Assembly: GCA_951406725.2 (NCBI GenBank)
Contig: OX597833.1
Location: 61,008,001 to 61,072,000, forward strand
Length of the DNA stretch: 64,000 nt
Reading direction: 5' to 3'
Source: Octopus vulgaris
Lineage: Eukaryota
Made by a program: the position numbers and the translations under genes. This document shows, piece after piece, positions 13,970 through 28,007 of the stretch. Position 1 is the first letter of the stretch. The number at the start of each line of letters is the position of its first letter. Below the pieces are notes generated by a model, which did not search any database, was not told the DNA's origin, and saw nothing but the letters and a program-made list of their open reading frames with translations.

Positions 13970-15150
13970 TGTTCTAATAATAAAATTAATTGTTTCTAAT
14001 TTAAGCATGGGACCAGCAATTTTGAAGAGAAGGGTTTAGTTGATTAAGTCAACTTCTATACTTGGCCCGATCCTTTATTTCATCCATTCTAGACAGTTGC
14101 AAAGCAAAGCTGACCTTGGTGGTATTTCAACTCGGAACATAAACAGTAGGAACAAATACCACAAGGCATTTTTTCCTATTGCTGTAACAATTCTGCCAAA
14201 CTACTGCGCAAGGCCTGAAAAATTTAGTAGGCAGGTGTTAGTTGATTACATTATTTCCACTATTCAACTGGTACTTGTTTTATCAACCCCATAAGAATGA
14301 AATGTGAAGTCACCCTCAGTGTCATTTGATCTCAAAGTACAAAGCTGGGAGAAAGGCTGTTAAGCTTTTTGTCCAATGCATTAACAATTCTGCTACTTTG
14401 CCACCTTGATAACCAATAATATTGTCACAGTGACACAGTCAGTTTTTAGCTGCCTTATCACAGGTGAATGGGTTTTATGCTGACTCTTCCTTGCCACACC
14501 TGCCTGGCTAGATCATAAATTTAAAAATAAATGGGTGAGAGAGAGAGAGAGAGTGGGTAGGATGGAATAGATATTTAAAATGTTTATCAGTCAGACTGGA
14601 ATTAGCTTTAAGTTTTCCTTCTGTTTTTATATTGTTTAATGTTAATAACATCCTGCTTAATATGCGATGGATTAAGGCATTTTTTTGTTTATTTCTTTGT
14701 CTTGTTTAATCATAAGTCCAAAGGGGAAAGTGTGTGTGTGTGTGTGTGTGTTTGTGTGTTTGTGTCCTTTCCATTGTAAAAACAGACGTTTTAAGCCGAA
14801 TATAATCAAACAAGTCAAGTTGAATGGATTTGTATAAATACACACACATGCACAGTCTACAGTGTGTGTGTTAGAGCTTGTAAGAGGATAAGTCAGTATT
14901 ACCAATGTGTGAAGGTATTGTTTATGTGGTAGGAAAGGACACGCAGGTGAGGCTAGGAGGTATTATTAAATCATTAATGAAAAGGCTGTGATATTGCAGA
15001 TAGAAGCCAGGAATGGTTTGTGATAGAATGTGTTATGGTACCATACTGCATTGTGGTATAAATATTTTGTTATGGCACATGCCCTGTCAATATATACAGT
15101 ATTCTAATATATATACTGTATTGTGATACATACATGTTGCTGTATATACC

Positions 15151-15380
15151 TATTTCTTTACTACCCACAAGGGGCTAAACACAGAGAGGACAAACAAGGA
15201 CAGACAAACGGATTAAGTCGATTATATCAACCCCAGTGCGTAACTGGTACGTTTTTAATCGACCCTGAAAGGATGAAAGGCAAAGTCGACCTCGGCGGAA
15301 TTTGAACTCAGAACAGCAGCAGACGAAATACTGCTAAGCATTTCGCCCGGTGTGCTAATGTTTCTGAGAGCCCACCACCT
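15151..15380 (-). mobile_element. SINE family A, full length
   Basis: Reverse complement of the 7562 copy; flanking direct repeat TATATACC at 15143-15150 and 15381-15388. Confidence 0.9.
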
Positions 15381-17394
15381 TATATACCATGTTGTAGCAT
15401 ATGCCATGTCATGGCATAACATGAACACAATGTGAGAAACAGGAATAAATATGGAAGATTCACTTCAAACATTCTAGAAAGCACAAAAACGGTTATATTT
15501 TCTTCAGATTTATTCCTTAATGTTGCTGTCTGTCATAAAAATGTCTCAAAATTTCATCTCATTTCTGTCTTCATCACTGACACAATTCTAGAGAAGCGAT
15601 GGCTAATTTACAGCAGTGCCATGAAATGTTTTTGACATTTCATAATAAACAGTAATGCTAAGTAGGTGGGTATAATTGTTTTTGTGTTGCTAGAATGGGT
15701 TCTTCCATGAAATGTTGTTGTTTCATGTTGATCAACAGTCTTAAATAAATCTCTTGTCGGACAACAACAATTCCAAGATGAGAAAACTTTGTTGGTTGAT
15801 CAGTTAAACACTCAGCTTGATAACTTGTGGATAGCAGTTCAAATTCTACCTGTGTTTTCTAATAAGTATAACCACTTTGTACATGTGTTTGTCACAGATG
15901 TTCTCATTTAATAATGCATATACAGTGACTGTGTGTGCCTGTGAAGTGATGTGTGTCTAGCAAGTATTCTATTTCTTTATTACCCATAAGGGTTTACATA
16001 GATGGGGACAATACAATGATTTGGGGGTCATGTGGATGAAATGGAACTATTTACAGTGAAATCGAATGGATTATTTACAATGAAAATGAAATTGAACAAG
16101 AACAAACAAACAAAAAGGGACATATGAAGTCAAAAGAACAGGATAGCCGACCCCACGAGCCCTGTTATTTTAACTGAAATCTTTTGGTAAGGGATAAAGA
16201 TTCAAAGAAGATCCCTCGAAACATGTCATGGTCTTGTTGGGTCTGACGCTTAGATTGAGAATTTCGGTAATATATGTTAATGTTAGAACCATCTCAGAGA
16301 GTAGGATGGTAGGTGATAGTACTGGTGTTAATATGGTCCTCATTGTTTAACTCTACATTAGCAGTCATAAAACCAATCCAATATCAGGCTCATTCCAGCT
16401 GCGACAATCATGTCTTTATTCAGGCATGGTTTATTTACAATTCAATACATCCTTTACAGAAATTCAGCATTGCTTATGTTTCTTATTACACAATATTTGG
16501 TTGGATGTCATAGGGTTCCCCTTTATGCTTCACTGCCATTATGTTACAGTATTCTATGTTTCTACGACTGAACCCACTGTCATTAGATATAATAATAATT
16601 AGAATCTTTCGTCAACCAGTTGCACTAATTAACTTTCTCTAACAAACACATCTAACTCTGTCACCAGTGGTTGACTTTCTTGACAATTAGCCTTTAGTTG
16701 TTATTTAGGTGGTTGTTGTTGTTGTTGTTGTCTTCTCAGTCTGAAGTGTTTACTGCTTGGTGGTGTTGTCTCTGCTGTTATTGTCTTCTATTGTATGAAG
16801 CACTGGTTTGAATTTGGCAATGTTCTCTGCCAAGAAACAGGATGTTTATTTATAACAAAAGAAACCTACATATCACTTCTTCACTGCCAAATGACTTCGT
16901 TGTTGCTATTTCACATGTGGCATCCTTTACTGAAGGTTAAACACATGTTTCCAGTATATATATCACATGTGTAATCTTTAGCTTAAGATTAACATCTGTT
17001 AACATCTGCTCCACGTATAAAAGCAGTGTTTCACACCTGGGCGTTGACGTGCTTAATTGTGGTCTGTTGATTTTCTAGTAGATACCATGTAATATTTTCT
17101 GTGGTGAGTTTGTCTTTGCTCTTCAAATTGGTCTTTTTCTTTGGCCATCAAGAACATTTGGAGAAGTGTCAAAACCAGAATCATTTAAATTTTTTTTCTC
17201 CATTCCTTTTCATGTCATTCGGTCCAAAGTTACTCTCCTAGCATGTTTATTTCTAATTACTTTTTAATGTGACCCACGAGAAATGTTAACCTTAACCCTT
17301 ACCAAACTATGCGACCTTTGTCTAATAGCAATGGTTACTACTGTGGTTTTAATTGTATTGGACACTTGTTGAATTGTAGTCCATTGATTTGCTG

Positions 17395-17590
17395 GTGTTT
17401 AACCCCAGGTTGACCCAAATCAGAACCAATTTAGCTAGAACTGTCCCATCTCTTCAAGAATAATTCACTTCACATGGATATTATCCAATATGTTCTTCTT
17501 TGTTAAAAAGTGATAACGTGTGATTTCAGGGAGCTTTGCCTGTTGTTTCTAGCAAATTGAACAACCCTCTAGCAGTCTCCTATTTGGCTT
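17395..17590 (+). repeat. Dispersed ~200-bp repeat family E, unclassified
   Basis: GTTTAACCCCAGG...ATTATCCAAT.TG...GTGTGATTT.AGGGAG.TTTG.CTG.T.TTTCTAGCA; related degenerate copies near 5210-5420, 31150-31340, 37115-37300, 52160-52300, 56520-56695 (-), 57400-57560 (-) and 59490-59620. Confidence 0.6.
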
Positions 17591-17749
17591 GTGTTACTGG
17601 ATAGGATATTTTGTCACTAACTAAAGGGTTGAATTTGTGCTTGTATTTCAGACCCAGTATTGCATTTTGTCTCTACCACAACTCAGTATATGATTCCCTA
17701 TTTTGCTGAACCTATGTGTGTGTGTATTATGTATATATTTGTATAGATA

Positions 17750-17910
17750 CAAGAATGGCTGAGTGGTTAAGAAGTTTACTTCTCAACCACATGGTTTCAA
17801 GTGCAGTTCCTACTGCATGGCACCTTGGGCAAGTTTCTTCTACAATAGCCCCGTGCCAACCAAAGGCTTGTGAATAGATTTGAAAAGAAGCCCATCATAT
17901 ATGTTTGTGT
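17750..17910 (+). mobile_element. SINE family B, 5' half
   Basis: GGCTGAGTGGTTAAGAAG...CACCTTGGGCAAGTTTCTTCTACAATAG. Confidence 0.8.
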
Positions 17911-19790
17911 GTAACAGGATAGTTGGTAAAATACACTTGTTTGGCAGTTGTTGGTTGTTGCCTCCTAATTTGGTAACCTTGTCTTAATATTCTAGTGTGG
18001 AATTAAGGCCATTTTAATCAGCGCCTTAATCTATTCTTCATTGTACTTCTCACAAGGCAGCTGATTTTTGTAGGCCCAATCTCGGTTCTTTCTTTTCCGT
18101 CTGCTGTCACCAGTCGGATTTGCACCAGTTCCTAGTTTCGGTTTAGCTGGTCTCTCCCTATTGGGATTCACTCAATTCCCAAAACACCGTATCCTCTGTT
18201 GAACATCAGTCTGAAGTTTTACTTCATGGATCTTGTTGAAGGGTTTTTTCTCTGTTATGTGGTACACAAAGTTCTATGGTTAGAGGGATTCTAGATGGAG
18301 ATAAACACCCTTCTCTACCTTCTCATAAAACCTGACTATGGTCTGGCCTGAAGGTAACAATACCGTGTTGTGGAGTAGGATGAAAGATCTGTTCACTGTA
18401 GGATATTCTATTTCAAATTTAATGTTGTTGTTGTTAAGCAACAAGATGGGTATGGGTGATTAGGTGATGGTCTAGGGCTTAGGGGCGGGAGACCCCAGAT
18501 CTTGGGAAGATAAAAAAACTTTGGTCATTTTGTTGTAGTCAAGGGCTCTTCGTTGACGCCCGACACCACTGGGAGGTGGCCCTCGAAGTCGTTGGAAATG
18601 GAGATCTCCAGGTCCAAATTCTTGAACAGCTGATGTTGTTGTGGAAGGTATTAGAGGTATCACAGATCTTTGTGACCTCGTCTGAGCACTTGTGGCTAGG
18701 CACACGAACATCATCCACGTGTGCAAGGCAGTCCCTTGCATTTTATGATGTTCAGTGTTAGGGTGGTAGCCCGGATCTCAGCAGAACACTACTCATTTGA
18801 AACTTACCCTATAGACTTCCACCAATTACTCTAATGATCAGTAGCTCTGCCTTCAGGCTGGGTAGCATCAAGGATCAAATATGTTCTGGCAGATTTGAAC
18901 ATGGTAACCTGTTATGAACTCCTATTTGCCTGAAAGAGGTTGTTCTCCAATGATAAAATACAGCAGTGATTAGCATACGAGTTTGAATTTGCTGAAGCAT
19001 ATTAAGAAGATGATGTATGCTATCATTTTGATTTCTGGTTTTACTATGCACACAATGATTTATTATTGGTTGACAGACATTGGCAAATAATTTGTTTGCT
19101 GAATTTCACAAAGAAGAGCTAAAACTCGTGTTAGATTCATTGGTCTGGGATAGCTTTGGCTGAGGAGACATAACAAGGTTGAGACAGCAATGTCCTAAAG
19201 TCCTCCTATCTCAATGTATTGAGTGTGGTACGAACACATTCATCTGAAATGAGGTGTTATCCTGTGACGAAATAACAACAGCAATTATTGTATTCACATT
19301 TGAATCTGCTGGAATGTACTGAGAATGAACCATAAAGTGGTTCGCTCATTATTATTAAAGACATTTTCTTTCTTTTTAGCTAACGGTAGGGAGGTTGACA
19401 TGAATTTTCTAGTCTTCCATCAGCAATGTTCTTTGTAAATAATAGTGTAGGAGTGTATGGGTTTCCTGTGAAAGCTACTATATACATTCTCTTTGCTAGG
19501 ATGATGTTCAATCAAATCATGTCTATATATTACACATACACATACACGTATGTATATATATATACCCATCTGTGTGTGTATGTATATATACGCACTATTG
19601 TTAACATCCATGCTCAAGCAAGTAATTTTGTGAAGGTAAAAGAAAAAAAAAAGTAAACAAAATAAGATAGAATATAATAATAAAAAAAAAAAATAGCTCG
19701 TTAAAGTCACAGTAAATAAGGAAGGTGGGAATGTGTGGAGAAGATTGCAGACAGAACATATAAAGCAGAACAGTAAGTGTCTGTATGTAC

Positions 19791-19828
<38 letters not shown>

Positions 19829-20569
19829 ATATATATATATGTGTGTGTATATATGTGAGTGTTTGTGTAATAAAGAGAAAATACAAGCTAGCAGAGACAA
19901 AGCTCCAGCACAATCTAGTCAGCTGGAAAATAAGATATCAGATGTAATTCATGATGGAAGTGGTTGGTTTGGTGTTTGGAAATTCAGCGACGACGACCGA
20001 CGTCTGAATAAAACACCTGCTCCAAGAAACACAACCAGAGAAATTATTGTCTGACGACTACTACTGAACAGCTCGGTCCATTTACCAGCCCGTTGCCATT
20101 TTTTTTGGTGGGTGGTGGTCGTGGTGGGAGGGAGGAAGGACAAGATTATTTAGGATTTTATACAAAGCAACGTTTTTTTTAATTTTCGGTTGCTGAAGAA
20201 AAAAAAAAAAAAAAACTGTATTTGTTTGAAATCAACTCATGATGTGTGTTTGTATGTGTGTAATATCTATCTATTTAGCTTTATGTATGTACATGTATGT
20301 GTGTGTATATAAATATGTATATATATGTATGTATAAAAGATGTTTTGGTGGGATTATTGATTTGTGTTTGCGTATATCATTGTCTTTTAATGTTCATTTT
20401 CTATGATAGCATGTGTGGGACATACGGACACACACATTTTAATTCTGTAATTTAAGAGAGTAAATTTTGCCAGTAAGAAAGAGATTCATGCACTTGCAAA
20501 ACCAATGCAAAAATGGTGCCCTGTGAATGCAGAATAAACCTTCAAAATTCTGTCTTCTCCATTTCCTTA

Positions 20570-20804
20570 TAAACAAAGAAAGCAGAAATGTTGAAAGAGG
20601 GGCTTTCTCCGTCCGGGTTGCGGATCCGTGGAATAAGCTGCCGGACGCGATGGTGAAGATGCCGACGACCGCTCGGTTCAAAGTCTCCCTTGACCACAAG
20701 TGGCCTGAACTCTTCACATGAACACCACCCTGTACATAACTCCATGTCCCCCTACATGGCCTTGCTTTTTGCTTTTCGAGCCAAAAAATTAACTAACTAA
20801 CTAA
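20570..20804 (+). mobile_element. 5'-truncated CR1/L2-type LINE 3' end (ORF2 C-terminus, 3' UTR and (AACT)n tail)
   Basis: FSVRVADPWNKLPDAMVKMPTTARFKVSLDHKW* fits the FS.RV...WN.LP...FK..LD C-terminal motif of CR1-group ORF2; ends in AACTAACTAACT. A second copy lies at 45077-45190. Confidence 0.85.
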
Positions 20805-21359
20805 TTTATTTGGGGATAGCAAGACATTTCCTCCTCTCCCCGCTATCTCTGATCCCTTACTACTTTCTGATCTGTACATGCTTATCTTTTAGACCTTGAT
20901 TGCCCTCTGCCCTCTAACCCCTCTACAGAATCATCATCATCATCATTATACATGTGTTTATCATTGGGTTCCACTTGAAATCAATAGAGACCAGATGTAA
21001 TAGAACAGTGAAACACTAGGAGTGTGATTGAAACCTGAGCATCTTGGCTCGTGTCACCTGATATGTTGTGGTGAACTGAACTGTACTTTCTAACTGTTGT
21101 TGTTGTTGTCATTGAAGATAACAGAGATTGTTGTTGGTAGTGGTGTTGGCGTTGGCTAATTATCCCGACTGTTACAGTACACCCTTTCCAAAGTAACAAT
21201 ATCGGTACAGATGATGTTTTATTGGCTTGTCAACTATTTTGGGGGTAACACTTGCATGTTGTTTAACCCTTTTCTAATTATGTAATCTAATTATATTGTA
21301 CATTAATTAATTTTGGAAATAATAACAAAAGATTTACTTTCTTTTTTAATTTCATTATT

Positions 21360-21990
21360 CAGTCGTGGATTAGAAGAATTGTTAAGAATATCAGACAAAT
21401 TGTCTTGAGTTAGTTACTTCGGTATTTCTTCTGGTTCTTCATGTTCTGATTTCAAATCATGCCAAGATCAACTTTGCCTTTCATCCTTCTGATGCTGATA
21501 AAGTACCAGTTATATGCGGGAGTCAGTGTGACCAACTAAACCACCATTACCCCCCTCACACACACACACACACACACCAAATCACTGGTCTTGTTCCTAA
21601 ATTAGAAACGATTATCAATTATTTTGTTATTATTATTATTAATAATCCTTTCTATTTGAGTACATCGACCCCAGTGTTTCACTGGTACTTAATTTCTCAA
21701 CCCCAAAAGGATGAAAGGCAAAGTCATTCTTGGGGGGAATTTGAACTCAGGATGTAAAGACAGACAAAAATGCTGCTAAACATTTTGCCCGGCTTGCTAA
21801 TGATAATGATAATAATAATAAGACTATGTGGCAATCTGGCAGAATCATTAGCACACCAGGCCAAATACTTAGCAGTATTTCATATGTCTTTATGTTCTGT
21901 GTTCAAATTCTACCGTGGTTGAATTTGCTTTTTATCCTTTGTAACTTATGTTGCTTCAGGTTCAGTCCCACTGCACAGCACCTTGGACAT
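21360..21990. mobile_element. Cluster of degenerate SINE A-type copies in both orientations, plus a SINE B fragment
   Basis: TTTGCCTTTCATCC (+), AGGATGAAAGGCAAAG (-) and GGCAGAATCATTAGCAC (+) segments separated by (AAT)n. Confidence 0.75.
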
Positions 21991-22211
21991 TACTCTTGTT
22001 AGTATAATTTGACCTGTGGAAACTGTGGGAACTTGTCATAGGGGGTGTTTGTGTTCATGGGTGGTGAGTATCTGTTGCCTGGTTTACCACCTCAACTTCA
22101 CCCTTGCATACTTCTTAAGGGGATCCACTCTGTGACTTGGATAGAAGCCAGAATAACTTTCTCCCACCAGTGTTTGAGGGCCTGAAAAAAGGGTCATTGG
22201 CATGGCCTTAA

Positions 22212-22432
22212 CCCTTTAGTATTTAAACTGGCCATATCCGGCCAAAAGTATTCTGCCTGTTTTATGGTCAAACTGGCCAGATCTGGTCTCTCACACCAAC
22301 CCTACAATATCATTTAAAAAATTAACAGCTACCTCATCAAAATCTCATCGCTACAAGATAATGCATGTTTAGTTCAAAACGATGTGGATAAAAAAGCATT
22401 AATTTTGGCAGAATAATGCGAACACTATAGGG
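22212..22432 (+). mobile_element. piggyBac-type MITE with TTAA target site
   Basis: TTAA|CCCTTTAGT...CACTATAGGG|TTAA; about 220 bp; five related copies in the window. Confidence 0.85.
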
Positions 22433-23311
22433 TTAAACAAACTAAAAAACTTGAAGGGTTGTTAGATAAACTATTGGTAGCTGGCAATTTATTTTATTAG
22501 TTATTGCTTAAGAGAGGAAGATTTAAAATGTTTACATTATTTTCATGCAATGGTGGGTAAATACTGTTGTTGTTGTCTGTTTTAACTAGTATTAGATAAT
22601 TAATTATCTTTGGGATGGGTTGAGTGGTGTCATAAAATCACTCACATTACATCACTTGTTGCTCCACTGCCTCTATCCAGCAGTCAGTATTCTCGTTTAT
22701 CTAATGATTTTATTATAAAATAGTTTTAATTTGTGAAGTGTGAGATGAGATGATGGAGTGGGGGGGACATCAAGGAAGAAATATTTAGAACACCAGTTGT
22801 GGGACATGTTTAGTATTTTGGTAAAACTGTATTTGGAGGGAAGGATTGTCCGTGTAATTTCAGTTTTACACCTGAATAGACACTTCATTAAAGGTGTTAG
22901 TGTTCGTTGTCCTTGTTGTTTCAATGTCCACTTTTCCATGCTTGCATGTGTTGGACAGTTTTTGACTGAGGCAGATTTTCTAACGTCGGATGCTCTCCTC
23001 TTCACCAACACTTACCTGTGTCCAAACAAAGTAATATTTCCCCATGTCTTTGCAGATTATTGGAGATGAATGACATTCATTTGCAACAATCCTGTAATAT
23101 CAAGACAAAGAGACACAAACTCACATGCATATATGTACACACACATGTACGGACACACACGGTTTCTTTCAGTTCCTGTCTACCATATCTGCTCAAGAGG
23201 TTTTGATTGACTTAGGGCAAAAGTAGACGACACTTGCCCAAGGTGCTATGCAGTGGGACAGAACTCCAAACCATGAGATTGGGATGATAATGACTTTAGT
23301 AATTAACATTA

Positions 23312-23344
<33 letters not shown>

Positions 23345-24059
23345 GTAATAATAATAATGATTATTATTATTATTATTATTATTGAACCCTACTACCTGTG
23401 ATAGAATAAAAAGTTATACCATATTAGGTTTTAGGGTCCAAAAACTATTTTCAGTTAATTTTCATATATTTTTTCGTCTTTTTCTCTGTTAGATACATTT
23501 CAAACTTGAAGTAAGACTGGATGGAGCCAACAGACTAATTACTAATTGCAATTAAACCCAATTAATCTGTTCCTACACTCTAAAAACCCAAATCTATGCC
23601 AACTTTCGGTGTTGAGTAGCTCTTATTTTCTCAAATTTTACCTGCCAACTTACAAGAAATACTTTTCTTCTTTTTTCTCTCTTTTTTTTTTTTTTTGCAG
23701 TATCTCTTTCTCCTCCTCCTCACATCATTTTCATTATCAGCATCTTCATCATGGATGTGATTCTAATGAACTTCATCGCTCTCGTTTGGAGTACTTGTGT
23801 AGGTTTTCTTTTCTTTTTCTTAATTCCAGCTTGAGTGATGACTGATCAGTAAAGGGATTAAGCTCCGCAGTTGTTTAATCTTCTCGTATTCCACAACAGG
23901 TTCCTACATTTATTTTGGTCTTCCATAGTTTCTAATGGATGAGACTACTAATTAATCCCCACCGTGATAACATTCTATTATCATATGTTGGCAAAATATC
24001 TTGCTACTCAAACACACACACGTGTGTGTATACACATTCTCTCTCTGAATTACATACAT

Positions 24060-24110
<51 letters not shown>

Positions 24111-24565
24111 CTACACTTTTACACGTCTGTCTCACATCCTCTCTCTCACTCATACACATATTTTTTCTGTCTGTTCCTCTGTCTCACACACACTGTCTGT
24201 CTCTCTGTCTCTCTCTCTCTCTCTCTCTCACACACTACTTTGAACATTTTTTGTAAACGCATTATCCATTGAATTCAGATTTATCTTGTTACAAAACTCT
24301 CGTAAAGTAAAAGCTGGTGAAATTTAAACTTCACAGTTTTTATCATCGTTAATACCATTTAAATATTCCCCTCTCCCTCGTTTGAAATTTCTCAGTATTT
24401 TGTTTTATTTGAAACCAAATTGTTGTTTTCCATGAATGGGTTTTAGAAATCTTCAAGAATAGCAGAAACTCTGTAATATTATCAATGCTGATATAATCAA
24501 CAGTAAATTTTCTAGAATTTCGAGAGAGATTTCCAGTAGATGCTACAAAAAATCATTGAGTGGGG

Positions 24566-25080
24566 TGTAGGCATGGGTCAGTGGTTAAGAAGTTTGCTTC
24601 CCATCTGTGTGATTTTGAGTTCAGTCCCTATGTGACATCTTGAGCAAGTTTCTCCTAACTATAGTTTCTCCTAACTATAGGTTTGGGTTTCTCCTAACTA
24701 TAGGCTTGGATTTGGTTGGCAGAGATTGTTGGGTTTCTCCTAACTATAGTTTCTCCAAACTATAGGTTTGGGTTTCTCCTAACTATAGTTTCCCCTAACT
24801 ATAGGTTTGGGTTTCTCCTAACTATAGGCTTGGATTTGGTTGGCAGAGATTGAATGACATCCATCAGATGTGTATTCGTCCTTGTCCTGACGTCGTGTGA
24901 TAGTCGTAAACAAGTGTCACGTTCATATAGATGGTGTTATTTTGTTTTCAATCTTCTGCAAAAAGATTTCTGCCCATAAGGGAAATGTTACCTTGCTTGG
25001 AAACAAGTGAAGATGGGCATCTGGCTGCAGAAAATCTGCCTCAACAAATTCTGTCTGACCTAAGTGGATGTTAAAATGAT
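24566..25080 (+). mobile_element. SINE B-type composite copy with an internal tandem amplification
   Basis: Head GTGGTTAAGAAGTTTGCTTCCC; eight copies of GTTTCTCCTAACTATA at 24648-24826; 3' body shared with the copy at 42830-43240. Confidence 0.75.
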
Positions 25081-25468
25081 TTAGAATCTTCATTTAGGTC
25101 CTAACGAGGTGATTAGGAATTGATAGTGCTTTTGGGTTGATTGGGGGAAAGGGTTGACCAAAAACTATCCAGCAACTCATTTGAAGGTTCTTTTTTTTCC
25201 TGCGTTCGTCTTGTTTTATTCTTTCGTTATTTCATTACTTTAATCCCTTTAGCAGATTATCACATTTGTATTCTTGTTCTGTTATCTTACTTTCATCTAT
25301 ATTACAAATCATCTTATCTGTCCTCTCAAATCTCCGTCATATATGGTCAGCAGATCATTACATCTCATTTCACTGAAAATCTTTCAGTGGACAAATTACC
25401 CCAACTCTTCTCTCTATCTTATCATCAAACTACAACACACATTGAAGTTTTAATATTTTATAGTGAGG

Positions 25469-25630
25469 TCTGCCTCTACGTTCTGAGTTCAAATTCCACC
25501 GAGGTCGACTTTGCCTGTCATCCTTTCGGGGTCGCAGTTATGCACTGGAGTCAATATAATTGACTTAATCCGTTTATCTGTCCTTGTTTGTCCTCTCTGT
25601 GTTTGGCCCCTTGTGGGTAGTAAAGAAATA
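25469..25630 (+). mobile_element. 5'-truncated SINE family A with 17-bp TSD
   Basis: Perfect flanking direct repeat AATATTTTATAGTGAGG at 25452-25468 and 25631-25647; small internal deletion after GGGGTCG. Confidence 0.92.
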
Positions 25631-26021
25631 AATATTTTATAGTGAGGCGGTGGTCGTTGTTGCATATAGCCCTAGGTCAGTCCTTTTAGAGCATATTGTG
25701 AGTGACTAAATAATTATATTCTTTCAACTTAAATTCATATTATTCCCAGGTTGGTGATAAGTACCAGTTGTATATTGGAAGAGGATTCCATCAACTATTG
25801 TATATAAGCCTTCTTTCCTCTTTAAATGTCTTTATAAAACTTGTTAAATCTTTTTAATCACGAAAAGAGAGTATATGGACATAAATCTAGTATATTTCTC
25901 CAATTAAATCATTCAACTTTCACCTCTTTTCAGTGAAGTTAACCTCTGGCCTCTCTTCTTACCCACCATTCTTCATTGATTTGTACAAAATAAATTCCTG
26001 ATTAGAATCTCCACCACAGAA

Positions 26022-26059
<38 letters not shown>

Positions 26060-26799
26060 AAGCAGAATAGTGGTGCACTTGAATTTACCATACACACATT
26101 TTCTATACACAGATACATACACGCCAGCTCGTCTTAGCGTTATTTTTGATAAGCTAATTTAATTTGATGAATCAATGAATGTATGATCAGATCAGCCATG
26201 GCATCTACTTTTGCTGTAAACATTGGTGTATGCGTGTGTATCTGCGTATTTACTTAACTACGTATATAATCACATACAGTATGCGTGTGTGTTTACTTAA
26301 CTACACACATATAATCATATATAGCACATACATTCACAGTATGTGTGTATATATTATTTAATCCTATAAAGAAATATTTTTAACCCTTTATTTTCTCTTC
26401 TCAATTGGATCAAAATAAACTTTCTTTGTTTACTTTGACAGATTTCCAGCACCAATTTATTATGGCAGTAACAGCCACTAATCTGATAATCTCATCATTG
26501 TAAACTGCTTGTTTAAAGTTCCCTGGGCCATCATTGAGCTTATGTCTCTTATTGTAATGATAATGATGATTATGATGATGGTAGCAGCCTCTCATAGTCT
26601 GAGAAAGACAATATATTGTACAGCCAACATCTGTGTCAACAGTGTAACATACCTCTGTGTCTGTGTGTGTTAAGCCAAACTCAGACTTGCAGATATGGCC
26701 ACATGGAGTGGGGATGGAGTAAGAGCAGATATTTTATTATTCTCTCATAGTGTACCTAGAGGCACTCTAAGCACCACTCAACATAAGAGTGGCATAGAG

Positions 26800-27460
26800 G
26801 TTTAGAACATTACTAGCACCAGGTACATCGATCTACAATGTCAGCCTTAAATTTATATGGTTGGACTTTCAAACAAGACTCAAAGTTGTCTTTTTACCTG
26901 TTGTTTGAGCAACCCCAGCGAATGAGTTCCCTGCGCCAACTCTTCATACAGATACTTGTCACAACATCTTCAATTCATCCATCTGGATTACATGGTCCAT
27001 CTGAACTAAGTCTTGAGGATCTTATCAATACCTGTGGAGCTGGAGACAGTGAATTTACCTGATGAGTTGTAAAGGGTGCTCAAATGACCTTGCTCAAGCT
27101 AAATGACATGCCATGATACAACATCCATTGACTTCCAGTTTGGTGGAGAAGTGAATGTCCTTGTGTTTCAGTACTCTGATACAGTCACTTCCAAGTCTCT
27201 GCGTAGCTTTTTGGATTCCCAACAGAATTTCTTTGTTGACTGCTCCATTGTTGGAAGACAATACTCTTGATGTACCTGATGATGTCAGTATGCTAAGCTG
27301 TGATGCAGGGCTGGTATGGAGCACTGGTTGGATAGCAGACTGCTGGTGGAATTTCCTCTACCCTGTGGCTCATTGTCAAGTCAAACATTTTGATGCATTT
27401 GAGAATTTGTTGAGATTTGTTACAGATTTTGTCAATGTGCTATGAATGTAACAGTCTTGG
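26800..27460 (-). mobile_element. Degenerate RTE-clade LINE ORF2 relic
   Basis: Minus-strand peptide pieces VNKEILLGIQKATQRLG...KHKDIHFSTKLEV, DHVIQMDE and KYLYEELAQG resemble RTE ORF2 C-terminal motifs (EI..RI.KA..AFG.L; I...TK..VY; GHV.RM; LYGEL..G.R). Frameshifted and contains stops. Confidence 0.65.
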
Positions 27461-28007
27461 GGAAATAGAGCTTCCAGTATAAACTTCTTGAAAATCTTCA
27501 TGTACTGCAAAACAATGACAATCAAGACAGAATTTGGTGTAAATAACCAGCATTGTCAGTTACAATGACAAAAGTTCCAGTCGATCCAATCAATGGAGCA
27601 GCCTGCTCATGAAATTAACATGCAGGTGGCTGAGCATTCCACAAACATGCATATTCGTATCATGGTCCTTAGGGAGATCCAGCTTGACACAGACTGTGAC
27701 AAGGTTGGTCCTTTGAAATACAGGTACAACTCATTATTGCCAGCTGAGTAGACTGGAGTAATGTGAAATAAAGTGCTTTGCTGAAGGATACAATATGCTG
27801 CTAGGAATCGAACTCATGACCTTATGCTCATGAGCCAAATATCCCTAACCACCAAGCCACCCCCCTTCACTAGTATTTGATGTAGTTACCCATCGACAAC
27901 ATTCAGAAGAGATTGAAATGTGCTGGTGCAAGCATGCACCCTTTCTTCGTGCTGTTGAAGGTGCCAAACTTGTCAGTAAACCACTGTCAGTTAAGGGATG
28001 TTCTTAA

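Noticed and set aside
20527-20721. Independent 64-aa gene
   Set aside because: It is the C-terminal stub of a CR1-type LINE ORF2 fused to flanking DNA.
24648-24852. CRISPR-like repeat array
   Set aside because: Repeats are 16 bp, the spacers are absent or repeated rather than unique, the unit derives from a SINE, the context is eukaryotic and there are no cas genes.
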